From assembly GCF_044324785.1 (NCBI RefSeq), contig NZ_CP172127.1: a stretch of DNA of 64,000 nucleotides. One strand, 5' to 3'. Of this stretch, positions 47,243-60,720 are shown piece after piece; within the stretch, counting starts at the first letter, position 1; each line of letters opens with the position of its first letter. The notes below the pieces were generated by a model. That model was given only the letters and a program-made list of their open reading frames with translations. It was not told the DNA's origin and made no database searches. This DNA is from Escherichia coli (GTDB lineage Bacteria; Pseudomonadota; Gammaproteobacteria; Enterobacterales; Enterobacteriaceae). The translations under genes were made by a program, and so were the position numbers.

Positions 47243-47272
47243 AAACGCTATAATTGAGGTTATGGCGTTTTT
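47243..47272 (+). terminator. Probable rho-independent terminator after the MFS transporter gene
   Basis: AAACGCTATAA...TTATGGCGTTT stem (one G-U pair) followed by T-run. Confidence 0.4.
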
Positions 47273-47499
47273 AAAGAAGCTTGAGTTATCGAACCTCGCT
47301 TACCAACGCGTTGTCAATCATATCCCCCCTCCCTGCTGCATCGTTATATCCACAATGAGCGATTTTTGATATTAATATCTTTCACCATCCGCTATTTTCA
47401 CTACTTCAGAAAACAAACTTATTTTTATTAATATCGATTCTTTATTCTGTAAACATTCAGCTGAGATATTTATAAAAACATTAAACAGGCAACGATACA

Positions 47500-48294
47500 A
47501 TGACATTACCAACCACTATTTATTCATTTCCTGCATATTCACCCCGTTTTTCGTCCACCGACAAACCAGTAAAATTAAAATTTCATCAATACGCACGCGC
47601 TACATTACTTTCAAATCGTGGAAGAGATCATAATTGCGATGGCAGACATACTGTTGAGATCCACAAACTAGATCTCTCAGACTGGCAAGCATTCAATAAA
47701 CTAGCGATGGCGTGTAATGCTTACGATGGAATAACAATGAATGGTGATAATTCTTTTGGATGGAACCATGAAGCTACATTAGATAATATTCACGCCCAGA
47801 AATACAATAAAGCTTACGCGGGTGCGAGGTTAACCGCAGAACTGAAATATTTATTGCAAGATGTCGAATCCTTCGAACCCAACAGTAAATACACAATACA
47901 CGAGGTTGTTTTGGGTCCAGGTTATGGTACTCCAGACTATACCGGCCAAACGATAGGATACGTTGTAACCCTTCCTGCCCAAATGCCTAATTGCTGGTCA
48001 TCTGAACTACCAACAATCGATCTTTATATCGACCAACTTCGCACTGTTACAGGCGTTTCTAATGCCCTCGGATTCATCATTGCTGCATTGCTAAACGCGT
48101 ATTCTGATTTACCCCATGATTTGAAAATTGGTCTGCGTTCCTTATCAAGTTCAGCAGCAATCTACTCGGGTTTGGGTTTCGAGCGAGTGCCGCAGGGCCG
48201 AGACATAAGGTGCGATCATATGCATCTAACGCCAGCAAACCATCCTGAATTATGGACACAAGAGAATGGTGAATGGATCTACTTGCGAAACTAA
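47500..48294 (+). CDS. yjfZ: Uncharacterised DUF2686-like protein YjfZ (AT-rich gene)
   Basis: 264 aa, no motifs recognised, preceded by 270-bp AT-rich spacer; position next to rplI matches yjfZ. Confidence 0.7.
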   Translation: MTLPTTIYSFPAYSPRFSSTDKPVKLKFHQYARATLLSNRGRDHNCDGRHTVEIHKLDLSDWQAFNKLAMACNAYDGITMNGDNSFGWNHEATLDNIHAQKYNKAYAGARLTAELKYLLQDVESFEPNSKYTIHEVVLGPGYGTPDYTGQTIGYVVTLPAQMPNCWSSELPTIDLYIDQLRTVTGVSNALGFIIAALLNAYSDLPHDLKIGLRSLSSSAAIYSGLGFERVPQGRDIRCDHMHLTPANHPELWTQENGEWIYLRN

Positions 48295-48317
48295 TACCTG
48301 ACGAAAAATAGAAAGCA

Positions 48318-48345
48318 AAACGCCGACCACTGGTCGGCGTTTTTA
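48318..48345. terminator. Bidirectional terminator between yjfZ and rplI
   Basis: ACGCCGACC-ACTG-GTCGGCGT followed by TTTT. Confidence 0.55.
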
Positions 48346-48364
48346 CGTCTCGTTGAATAACGAA

Positions 48365-48826
<462 letters not shown>

Positions 48827-48855
48827 TCAAAGTCGTATTAATGGACCGTGACCGA

Positions 48856-49402
<547 letters not shown>

Positions 49403-49408
49403 CAGAAA

Positions 49409-49822
<414 letters not shown>

Positions 49823-50130
49823 TTATTCAGCCTCCTGTCTGGGTCAGCCGAATCCCGGGGAGGCAAGGAACGTGTTAAAGGTCGGCTGAAAAATGACGCG
49901 TTATAGTACTGACATACCCCGCTAAACTCAAGGCCAGCCGACAAATAAATCTCATCTTTCACCAAATCGTACTAACACACTGATTTGAAGTTCATCACAC
50001 ATCATCATGGTGTTTTTTTGAACAACTGCATCAGAAATGGTCACCATCAACTTCTTTATCATTGATTAAAATTAAATCAGAAGATCATCACAAAGGAGAG
50101 CACACAAAGTCAGCCGTCGAGGAGGTATCT

Positions 50131-50406
50131 ATGTTCAGTCGTGTTTTAGCCCTTCTGGCTGTGCTTTTGCTAAGTGCAAATACATGGGCAGCCATTGAAA
50201 TTAATAACCACCAGGCCAGAAATATGGACGATGTGCAAAGCTTAGGCGTGATTTATATCAACCATAACTTCGCCACTGAAAGTGAAGCACGTCAGGCATT
50301 AAATGAAGAGACAGATGCGCAGGGCGCAACGTACTACCACGTGATTCTGATGCGGGAACCGGGGAGTAACGGCAATATGCACGCCAGCGCGGATATTTAT
50401 CGCTAG
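50131..50406 (+). CDS. yjfY: Small periplasmic DUF1471 (YdgH/BhsA/McbA-family) protein
   Basis: 91 aa from internal ATG after GAGGAG RBS; signal peptide; C-terminal Y-x-hydrophobic...IYR motif. Confidence 0.8.
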   Translation: MFSRVLALLAVLLLSANTWAAIEINNHQARNMDDVQSLGVIYINHNFATESEARQALNEETDAQGATYYHVILMREPGSNGNMHASADIYR

Positions 50407-50446
50407 CACCAGGTATAACCAACGAAACATTGCCATAGTTTGCTTT

Positions 50447-50471
50447 GCCCCCTTCGCAGGGGGCTTTTTTT
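50447..50471 (+). terminator. Rho-independent terminator after yjfY
   Basis: GCCCCC-TTCGCA-GGGGGC followed by TTTTTTT. Confidence 0.55.
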
Positions 50472-50534
50472 GAAAAACGGCTGCGGAATTAGACCAGTTA
50501 TCTCCCGAGGAAGGAAATTTCCGCAGCGCGTGTT

Positions 50535-51221
50535 TTACTTCTGCCCGTAATAAGCGTTGGGACCATGCTTACGCATGAAGTGTTTATTCATCAGGAAGCT
50601 GTCGATGTGATTCAGTTGTGGGTTAATGCCGCGGGCAATCCACGCCATTTTCGCCACTTCTTCCATCACCACCGCATTATGCACCGCATCGTGAGCATCT
50701 TTCCCCCAGGCGAACGGCCCGTGCTGATACACCACAATCCCCGGTGTATGCAGCGGCTCGGCGTTGCCCAGCGTTTCGATAATTACTTTGCCGGTGTTCA
50801 GTTCGTACTCGCCCTGCACCTCTTCTTCGCTTAATCCGCGCGTACACGGGATATCGCCAAAGAAGTAGTCGGCGTGCGTGGTGCCTAACGCCGGGATCGC
50901 CAGCCCCGCCTGCGCCCATGCGGTAGCATGAGTGGAGTGGGTATGGACAATGCCACCAAGCGACGGATAACGACGGTAGAGTTCGAGATGCGTCGCAGTA
51001 TCGGAAGACGGGCGATACGCCCCTTCCACCACCTTGCCGCTCATATCGACCACCACCATATCGCCTGCTTTCATGGTTTCGTAGGCGACGCCGCTGGGCT
51101 TGATCACCACCAGCCCGCGTTCGCGGTCGATGGCGCTGACGTTGCCCCAGGTAAAGGTCACCAGCCCGTAACGCGGCAGATCCATGTTGGCTTCAAATAC
51201 CTGCTGTTTCAGCTTTTGCAT
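50535..51221 (-). CDS. ulaF: L-ribulose-5-phosphate 4-epimerase (ascorbate utilisation)
   Basis: 228 aa from internal ATG ([21 protein letters not shown]...), class II aldolase/adducin fold. Confidence 0.9.
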   Translation of the reverse strand: MQKLKQQVFEANMDLPRYGLVTFTWGNVSAIDRERGLVVIKPSGVAYETMKAGDMVVVDMSGKVVEGAYRPSSDTATHLELYRRYPSLGGIVHTHSTHATAWAQAGLAIPALGTTHADYFFGDIPCTRGLSEEEVQGEYELNTGKVIIETLGNAEPLHTPGIVVYQHGPFAWGKDAHDAVHNAVVMEEVAKMAWIARGINPQLNHIDSFLMNKHFMRKHGPNAYYGQK

Positions 51222-52075
51222 TATGCCGCCTCCACCATGCCAGCTTTGGCCATGCGCGCTTTCACCCAATCACGCGCTTTCGCCACTTCCGCCGCCGGGT
51301 CTTCCGCCGTTTCGCTCCACATCTCAATCAGGTACGGCCCGCAATAGCCACTCTGTTTGAGCGTTTCGAAGCAACGTTCGAAATCCACTACGCCTTCGCC
51401 AAACGGCACATTTTTGAAGACGCCTGGTTTGGTGTCTTTCACATGCACCGCGACGATATGCCCAATTCCGGCCTGCAATTCCATCTGCACGTCGTTGTCC
51501 CACGCCGACAGGTTGCCGATATCCGGATAGAGCTGGAACCACGGGTTGTTGAGATAGTGCGCATAGCCCAGCGCCTTGCTGATGGAGTTCATCAATGGAT
51601 AATCCATGATCTCCATTGCCAGCGTCACCTGCGCGCGGCTTGCCATCTCAACGCTCTCTTTCAGGCCGTCACGGAAACGACGACGCGTTTCGTTATTGGC
51701 TTCCTGATAGTAAACGTCATAGCCCGCCAGTTGGATCACGCGAATGCCAACGTCCTGGGCGAACTGGATAGCTTTACGCATAATCTCCAGCCCCTGCGCC
51801 CGCACCGCGTCATCTTCGCTACCCAGCGGGAAACGACGATGAGCAGAAAGGCACATAGACGGTACACGCACGCCGGTTTCAACAATCGCATTCACCAGCG
51901 CCAGACGCTGCTCGCGGCTCCAGTCGAGGCGCGACAGGCGATCGTCAGTTTCATCTACCGACATCTCGACAAAATCGAAGCCTAACGTTTTTGCCAGTTG
52001 CAGCCGTTCCAGCCAGCACTCCCCGGCGGGGAGCGCTTTTTCATAGATGCCAAGCGGGATTTGTTTGGACAACAT
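51221..52075 (-). CDS. ulaE: L-ribulose-5-phosphate 3-epimerase
   Basis: 284 aa xylose-isomerase-like TIM barrel. Confidence 0.9.
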   Translation of the reverse strand: MLSKQIPLGIYEKALPAGECWLERLQLAKTLGFDFVEMSVDETDDRLSRLDWSREQRLALVNAIVETGVRVPSMCLSAHRRFPLGSEDDAVRAQGLEIMRKAIQFAQDVGIRVIQLAGYDVYYQEANNETRRRFRDGLKESVEMASRAQVTLAMEIMDYPLMNSISKALGYAHYLNNPWFQLYPDIGNLSAWDNDVQMELQAGIGHIVAVHVKDTKPGVFKNVPFGEGVVDFERCFETLKQSGYCGPYLIEMWSETAEDPAAEVAKARDWVKARMAKAGMVEAA

Positions 52076-52084
52076 ATCCGCTCC

Positions 52085-52735
52085 TTAGCCCCACAGTTCG
52101 GCGATGGAACGTTTGAACTGACGCGCAGCTTCAACCGGAGAAGCGGCATCACGGATACTGCGACCAGCGATAAACACATGAATCGGAATGCCTTTGAACA
52201 GCGGCAGATCTTCCAGCGCTAGGCCACCGGTGACGGTCACTTTAAAGCCCATATCGGACAGACGTTTGATCGCGGTAATGTCAGCTTCGCCCCACGCCAC
52301 GCCTGCGGCCTGCGCGTCACGGCTGCGGTGATAAACCACCTGCTGAATACCTGCGTCGCGCCACTGTTGCGCCTGTTCCCAGGTCCAGTAGCCAGTCAGT
52401 TCGATCTGCACGTCGCCGTTAAACTCTTTTGCCACGTCCAGCGCGCCCTTGGCGGTGTTGATATCCGCACAGCAAATTACGGTCACCCAGTCAGCGTTGG
52501 CTTCGAAGCACATACGAGAAAGGATTTTGCCCGCATCGGCAATTTTGGCGTCTGCCAGTACGATTTTGTGCGGGTAAAGCGCTTTCAGGTCACGAACTGC
52601 ACGCACGCCTTCGCCTACGCACAGAATGGTGCCCACTTCGATAATGTCGACTTCTTCGGCAATCAGGCGAGTGGTTTCGTAGGCGCTATCCATAGTCTGG
52701 TTGTCCAGCGCGACTTGCAACATTGGTAATGACAT
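52085..52735 (-). CDS. ulaD: 3-keto-L-gulonate-6-phosphate decarboxylase
   Basis: 216 aa from internal ATG ([20 protein letters not shown]...), OMP-decarboxylase-like. Confidence 0.9.
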   Translation of the reverse strand: MSLPMLQVALDNQTMDSAYETTRLIAEEVDIIEVGTILCVGEGVRAVRDLKALYPHKIVLADAKIADAGKILSRMCFEANADWVTVICCADINTAKGALDVAKEFNGDVQIELTGYWTWEQAQQWRDAGIQQVVYHRSRDAQAAGVAWGEADITAIKRLSDMGFKVTVTGGLALEDLPLFKGIPIHVFIAGRSIRDAASPVEAARQFKRSIAELWG

Positions 52736-52748
52736 GTTCAATTCCTTC

Positions 52749-53213
52749 TTAAGCTGCCGCGTTGGTGCGGTCAATGAGATCCAGTACTTCCTGCTCGGTA
52801 CGGCAGGCACGTAAACGGTCGAAATTCTCTTCATCTTCAAACAGATTGACGATCTGCATGATGCCCACTTCCTGGTGAGTGTTGGCATCGACCGCCGCCA
52901 TGGTGATGAGGATATCCACCGGATCGTTATCTTCGTGGTTGAACTCCAGCGGCTTTTTCAGCGTCACCAGCGCAAAACCGGTTTTCTTAACGCCCTCTTC
53001 CGGGCGACCGTGCGGCATTGCCAGGCCTGGTGCGAGCACAAAGTACGGACCGTGCTGTTCAACCGCATCCAGAATCGCCTGGTAGTAACGCGGCTCGACA
53101 ACATCCGCCGCCACCAGCAGGTCAACGCCGATTTTCACTGCGTCCTGCCATGTCTCAGCTTCAGCCTGCAGGCGGATGGATTTATTCTCCGCCAGCGAAT
53201 CACGTAATTTCAT
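52749..53213 (-). CDS. ulaC: PTS ascorbate-specific EIIA component
   Basis: 154 aa PTS EIIA-2 fold. Confidence 0.9.
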   Translation of the reverse strand: MKLRDSLAENKSIRLQAEAETWQDAVKIGVDLLVAADVVEPRYYQAILDAVEQHGPYFVLAPGLAMPHGRPEEGVKKTGFALVTLKKPLEFNHEDNDPVDILITMAAVDANTHQEVGIMQIVNLFEDEENFDRLRACRTEQEVLDLIDRTNAAA

Positions 53214-53222
53214 GGCGCGTCC

Positions 53223-53528
53223 TTACTTCACGTCCTGCGGGAAATGCTCTTTGATCACTTCCAGCAGTTTCGGGCCAAAGTCGGCAGGAGAGAGCATGTT
53301 GCGCACACCAACCACGTATTTGTTGCCGGTCACGGTGATTTCGCCCGCAATGTGCGTAGAAGCGATGATGATATCCGCGCCGCTCAACTCGCTTTTGTAT
53401 TCGCCAACCGCGCAGCTGTTTACCGTGTGGTCAATGTTTGATTGGGTTAAAAACTGGTCCACTTTCATCTTCATGATCATGGAACTGCCTTGTCCGTTGC
53501 CACACACAGCCAGAATACGTACGGTCAT
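53223..53528 (-). CDS. ulaB: PTS ascorbate-specific EIIB component
   Basis: 101 aa from internal ATG ([20 protein letters not shown]...), active-site Cys. Confidence 0.9.
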
Positions 53529-53543
53529 AATCAAAACTCCTTA

Positions 53544-55295
<1,752 letters not shown>

Positions 55296-56360
55296 ATGAG
55301 TAAAGTGAAAAGTATCACCCGAGAATCCTGGATCCTGAGCACTTTCCCGGAGTGGGGTAGCTGGCTGAATGAAGAAATTGAACAAGAGCAGGTCGCCCCT
55401 GGCACATTTGCGATGTGGTGGCTAGGCTGCACCGGGATCTGGCTGAAATCAGAAGGTGGCACCAACGTTTGCGTTGATTTCTGGTGCGGCACTGGCAAAC
55501 AAAGTCACGGTAACCCGTTAATGAAACAGGGTCACCAGATGCAGCGCATGGCTGGCGTGAAAAAACTGCAGCCAAACCTGCGCACCACCCCGTTTGTTCT
55601 TGATCCGTTTGCGATTCGCCAGATCGACGCGGTACTGGCGACTCACGATCACAACGATCATATCGACGTTAACGTCGCTGCTGCCGTGATGCAGAACTGT
55701 GCTGATGACGTACCGTTCATTGGACCGAAAACCTGCGTTGATTTGTGGATTGGCTGGGGCGTACCGAAAGAGCGTTGCATCGTGGTCAAACCTGGCGATG
55801 TTGTAAAAGTGAAAGACATTGAAATTCATGCGCTTGACGCTTTCGACCGTACTGCACTGATCACCCTGCCTGCCGATCAAAAAGCGGCTGGCGTACTGCC
55901 AGATGGCATGGACGATCGCGCAGTAAACTACCTGTTCAAAACCCCTGGCGGTTCCCTGTATCACAGTGGCGATTCCCACTACTCTAACTATTATGCGAAG
56001 CACGGTAACGAACATCAGATCGATGTGGCGTTAGGATCGTATGGTGAGAACCCGCGCGGTATTACCGACAAAATGACCAGCGCCGATATGCTGCGTATGG
56101 GTGAAGCCCTGAATGCGAAAGTGGTTATCCCGTTCCACCACGACATCTGGTCAAACTTCCAGGCCGATCCGCAAGAAATCCGCGTGCTGTGGGAGATGAA
56201 AAAAGATCGTCTGAAGTATGGCTTCAAGCCGTTTATCTGGCAGGTGGGCGGCAAATTTACCTGGCCGTTGGATAAAGACAACTTCGAGTACCACTATCCG
56301 CGTGGTTTCGATGATTGCTTCACTATTGAACCGGATCTGCCGTTCAAGTCATTCCTGTAA
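55296..56360 (+). CDS. ulaG: L-ascorbate-6-phosphate lactonase (metallo-beta-lactamase fold)
   Basis: 354 aa from internal ATG ([20 protein letters not shown]...), HDHNDH-type metal motif. Confidence 0.9.
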
Positions 56361-56383
56361 TCTGTCGTTTATACCGGATAGCG

Positions 56384-56414
56384 TGGAGTAGTTCGCGCTA
56401 TCCGGCGTAGTATT
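56384..56414. repeat. Palindromic hairpin after ulaG (REP-like or terminator)
   Basis: CCGGATAGCG...CGCTATCCGG inverted repeat. Confidence 0.35.
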
Positions 56415-56467
56415 TCCTGGCTATTTCAAATATCATCTAAAAAAATCAAATTTTATCGGAATAGCTC

Positions 56468-57223
56468 ATGACTGAAGCACAAAGACATCAAATCCTCCTG
56501 GAAATGCTCGCACAATTGGGCTTTGTGACCGTTGAGAAAGTCGTTGAGCGTCTGGGAATTTCGCCTGCCACTGCGCGACGCGATATCAATAAACTTGACG
56601 AAAGCGGCAAACTGAAAAAAGTGCGCAATGGCGCAGAAGCTATTACCCAACAGCGCCCACGCTGGACGCCGATGAATCTGCATCAGGCGCAGAATCACGA
56701 TGAAAAAGTACGTATTGCTAAAGCGGCCTCGCAGCTGGTTAATCCGGGCGAAAGCGTAGTCATCAACTGCGGCTCCACCGCGTTTCTGCTTGGGCGGGAA
56801 ATGTGTGGCAAGCCAGTGCAAATCATCACTAATTATCTACCGCTGGCAAATTACCTGATCGATCAGGAGCATGACAGCGTGATCATTATGGGCGGACAGT
56901 ACAACAAAAGTCAGTCCATCACTTTAAGCCCGCAAGGCAGCGAAAACAGTCTCTATGCCGGGCACTGGATGTTTACCAGCGGCAAAGGGCTGACAGCAGA
57001 AGGGTTGTATAAAACCGATATGTTGACGGCAATGGCAGAGCAGAAGATGCTGAGCGTGGTAGGGAAATTGGTGGTACTGGTTGATAGCAGTAAGATTGGC
57101 GAACGCGCGGGAATGCTTTTTAGCCGTGCCGATCAAATCGATATGCTGATCACCGGCAAAAATGCTAACCCGGAAATCCTGCAACAACTGGAAGCGCAAG
57201 GGGTCAGCATTCTGCGTGTTTAA
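56468..57223 (+). CDS. ulaR: DeoR-family repressor of the ula regulon
   Basis: 251 aa, N-terminal HTH, C-terminal sugar-phosphate-binding domain. Confidence 0.9.
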
Positions 57224-57969
57224 AGATGCTGGCGGAAAAATGTCACGGCAGCATCTAACGCCTCAGGCGTAATGCGGTGACGCACGCCTGGCTGCCATGA
57301 ACAGGTTAGCAGTTTATCCCGTCCCGTCTCGCTTAAGGCCTGCTGCAAACGTAGTGATTCGTCGGCAGGCACGACGTCATCGTCAAGGCCATGCCACAGC
57401 AGTAGAGGTCTGTCAGCAAGTTGTTCCAGGTGGTTTGTCGCTTCCCACTCTGCCAGCGGCGCGACAATGTTATTGAATTCATTCTGCTGTGCTGCCGTTT
57501 CAGGTATCAGCGGTGGAAACAGTGAACGGGCGAGTGATGTAAAATAGCCCGATCCCATCATGCTGGCGGTACATTTCACCGTGGGGTGGCGAGCGGTAAT
57601 TCCCAGTGCCGTCATCGCGCCCATCGACGCGCCACCGACTGCCAGACGGTCAGCAAGCAGCCAGTTTTCTTCGGCTATTGCCGCACGTAACGTAGTGAAT
57701 TCCTGCATACTTTGTAGCAAAATTTGCCAAAATTGATTTAACCGCCGCGCTGCGTCGCCCCTAAAACGGCTACCGTGATCGGGCGCATCCGGCATGATCA
57801 CTCGCAAACCAGCCTGCGCCAGCGCAACGGCAAAATAGCTATACACCAGACTGGACGAAGTAAAGCCGTGATAAAAAATCACGCACGGTAATGGGGTATC
57901 TTTTTGCCCGACAGGATAAGCATGAAGAACGGGAATATCTGCCAGCTCGCGTGATTCTATTTCAATCAT
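57220..57969 (-). CDS. yjfP: Alpha/beta-hydrolase esterase
   Basis: 249 aa, nucleophile elbow GGASMG; convergent with ulaR, stop codons overlap. Confidence 0.85.
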
Positions 57970-58150
57970 CTGTCTCTCCTTTTTGTCTGGTATGACATGA
58001 AGAAATCCTTAGCACAAGTTTCTGCTGGCGGTATTAGTTCATAATGTTGAGATGTGGGTTACGCTTTCATCACGTTTTCATTCGAAAATCGCGTACCAGG
58101 TAACAATTCGGGAACATTCCCCCAAAGTTAAATTAATAAGGCACTACACT

Positions 58151-58480
58151 ATGGTTAGCAGGAAACGTAATAGCGTTATTTACCGGTTTGCCAGTTTATT
58201 ATTGGTGTTGATGTTAAGTGCCTGTAGCGCACTGCAAGGTACGCCACAGCCAGCACCGCCAGTAACGGACCATCCGCAAGAGATTCGCCGCGACCAGACG
58301 CAAGGGTTACAGCGAATAGGTAGCGTAAGCACGATGGTTCGGGGTTCTCCGGATGACGCATTAGCAGAAATCAGAGCGAAAGCTGTCGCGGCAAAAGCTG
58401 ATTATTACGTTGTCGTCATGGTGGACGAAACCATCGTGACAGGACAGTGGTATTCACAAGCCATTTTGTACCGTAAATAA
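58151..58480 (+). CDS. bsmA: Lipoprotein BsmA (biofilm/stress), DUF1471-like
   Basis: 109 aa from internal ATG (MVSRKRNSVIYRFASLLLVLMLSAC lipobox); C-terminal YYVVVM...ILYRK. Confidence 0.8.
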   Translation: MVSRKRNSVIYRFASLLLVLMLSACSALQGTPQPAPPVTDHPQEIRRDQTQGLQRIGSVSTMVRGSPDDALAEIRAKAVAAKADYYVVVMVDETIVTGQWYSQAILYRK

Positions 58481-58628
58481 ATCAGACAACTTACATAGTC
58501 AGCTTTACATTGCTTTGCGTCCCTATGCGTTTACCTGTGCACAATAAATTACCGGCTGGAAGCCTGGGCGTTTATTACCGCGATGGAATGCCCTGCAACA
58601 TGTGGGGAAACGAAAAATGGAGCTGACG

Positions 58629-58904
58629 ATGAAACAATTACTTGCCTCACCCTCGCTGCAATTAGTGACTTATCCTGCGAGCGCCACGGCACAGTCTGCA
58701 GAATTCGCCAGTGCTGACTGCGTGACAGGCCTGAATGAAATAGGTCAGATCTCAGTTAGCAATATTTCAGGGGATCCGCAGGACGTGGAACGTATCGTGG
58801 CGTTAAAGGCTGATGAACAAGGTGCGTCATGGTACCGCATTATTACCATGTACGAAGACCAGCAGCCTGATAACTGGCGCGTACAGGCGATCCTGTATGC
58901 GTGA
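58629..58904 (+). CDS. yjfN: Small periplasmic DUF1471 protein
   Basis: 91 aa from internal ATG (MKQLLASPSLQLVTYPASATAQS...); C-terminal WYRIITM...ILYA. Confidence 0.75.
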   Translation: MKQLLASPSLQLVTYPASATAQSAEFASADCVTGLNEIGQISVSNISGDPQDVERIVALKADEQGASWYRIITMYEDQQPDNWRVQAILYA

Positions 58905-58928
58905 GTGTCATCTACAGCAAATGAACAA

Positions 58929-58959
58929 TGCCGGATGCGGCGCGAGCGCCTTGTCCGGC
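58929..58959. repeat. REP element after yjfN
   Basis: GCCGGATGCGGCGCGAGCGCCTTGTCCGGCC. Confidence 0.5.
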
Positions 58960-59011
58960 CAACAATTTTCACATATTTCATATAGTTAATCGAAACCAGC
59001 GTCGTATACGC

Positions 59012-60637
59012 TTACAAACACACTCCTCCCGTCGCCCGCAGCAATAAATCATTCTGGATCTGCTCTGACAACCGTACGCCGCCGCGCGTATCTAACATCA
59101 CCTGACACCACGCCTGCGCCATTGGCGGAGAGGCATATTTCAACATTTGCGCACCGCAGCCCAGCAGGAATAGCTGATGAGTAATCTCTCGCCCCAGTTC
59201 TTCAGCTGGCTTACGCAGCTGCTGCTGTAAACGACGAACCGCGCGATCAAAATAGCGCTCCTGCCCTTTCACTTCCACAAATGCTTCCGACAATAAGTCG
59301 TATACGCCCGCTTGCTTATTGAGAACGCGCAGCACATCCAGGCACATAATATTGCCGGAACCTTCCCAGATACTGTTTACCGGCATCTCCCGGTAAAGCC
59401 GCGGCAGCTCGCTCTCCTCGCAATAACCAATGCCGCCCAGCACCTCCATCGCTTCGGCCACAAACGGCATACCTCGTTTGCAGATCACAAATTTCGCCGC
59501 AGGCGTAAATAAACGCGCCCACAGGGCTTCTTTGGCATCGGCACGCCGGTCCCACGCTCGCGCAAGACGAAACAGCAACGCCGTTTGCCCTTCAAGCTGA
59601 AGTGCCATGCGACTTAAGACATGACGCATAAGGGGCTGTTGGATCAATGGATTACCAAAAACATGGCGTTGATGTGCATGATAAATCGCCAGCGAAAATG
59701 CACGGCGCATCATGGCATGGCTACCCAGGGCGCAATCAAAACGCGTCATCCCACCCATTTTCAGGATCAGACGAATTCCTTCCCCTTCCTGCCCCAACAA
59801 CCAGCCAATGGCATCCTGAAACTCCACTTCGCAGCTGGCGTTAGAGCGATTACCCAGCTTATCTTTCAGCCGCTCGAGGCGAATCGCGTTGCGTTGCCCG
59901 TCAGGCAAAAAGCGCGGCACAAAAAAGCAGGACAAACCGCCCGTAGTCTGCGCCAGCACCAGATGCGCATCGCTTTGCGGCACCGAGAAAAACCATTTAT
60001 GCCCCACCAGCCGATAAGAGCCATCTTCCAGGCGCTCTGCGCGGGTGGTGTTGCTCATGACATCGGAACCGCCCTGCTTTTCCGTCATTCCCATGCCAAT
60101 CAACAAACCGCGTTTTTGTCCACCTGGCAATAAGTGAGAATCGTAGCGATCGCTCAGCAGCGGGGTGGTCCAGTCCTGAAACAGCGCGGGTAACATCTGT
60201 AACAGCAATGGCGTGGCGGCAAAGGTCATGGTTATCGGACATAACGACCCTGCCTCAACCTGTGCGTGCAACATAAAACGCGCCGCGCGCGCCACAAATG
60301 CGCCAGAGCGAGCGTCTTCTTCCCAGGCCAGATTATGTACCCGATTGGTACATAGCGCCTGCATCAGCAGGTGCCAGGCGGGGTGAAAACGCACATCGTC
60401 CAGACGGCGTCCTTGCGCATCGTAGCGCAATAATTCAGGCGGATTCACATTCGCCAGACGCCCCAGTTCAAGGGATTCAGCCGTTCCTAACTGCTGACCA
60501 ATACTGGCTAGAAAATCGCTATCCCAGCCAGCACCTTCACGCGTTACCGCTTCGCAGAGCGCGCCATCAGACAGGTATAAGTTGCTGTTATTTAATGGTA
60601 TAGGTTGATTAAAAACGGTGTGAGTTTGCCAGTGCAC
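59012..60637 (-). CDS. aidB: AidB, acyl-CoA-dehydrogenase-like adaptive-response protein
   Basis: 541 aa with non-ATG (GTG) start at V7 of ORF-track protein (..HWQTHTVFNQPIPLNNSNLY..), ACAD fold. Confidence 0.9.
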   Translation of the reverse strand: MHWQTHTVFNQPIPLNNSNLYLSDGALCEAVTREGAGWDSDFLASIGQQLGTAESLELGRLANVNPPELLRYDAQGRRLDDVRFHPAWHLLMQALCTNRVHNLAWEEDARSGAFVARAARFMLHAQVEAGSLCPITMTFAATPLLLQMLPALFQDWTTPLLSDRYDSHLLPGGQKRGLLIGMGMTEKQGGSDVMSNTTRAERLEDGSYRLVGHKWFFSVPQSDAHLVLAQTTGGLSCFFVPRFLPDGQRNAIRLERLKDKLGNRSNASCEVEFQDAIGWLLGQEGEGIRLILKMGGMTRFDCALGSHAMMRRAFSLAIYHAHQRHVFGNPLIQQPLMRHVLSRMALQLEGQTALLFRLARAWDRRADAKEALWARLFTPAAKFVICKRGMPFVAEAMEVLGGIGYCEESELPRLYREMPVNSIWEGSGNIMCLDVLRVLNKQAGVYDLLSEAFVEVKGQERYFDRAVRRLQQQLRKPAEELGREITHQLFLLGCGAQMLKYASPPMAQAWCQVMLDTRGGVRLSEQIQNDLLLRATGGVCL

Positions 60638-60720
60638 TGTGTCTCCCTCCATCAATGGCAGTCACCCTTAGTATGGTCACTGCCATGGATTCATGACAGA
60701 AAGAGATTGCTAAAACATTC

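Noticed and set aside
38952-48294. Accessory block as a prophage, integron or IS-borne element
   Set aside because: No integrase, transposase, recombinase, attC-like sites or flanking direct/inverted repeats seen; content is purely metabolic, so it is reported as a metabolic island with unknown mobilisation mechanism
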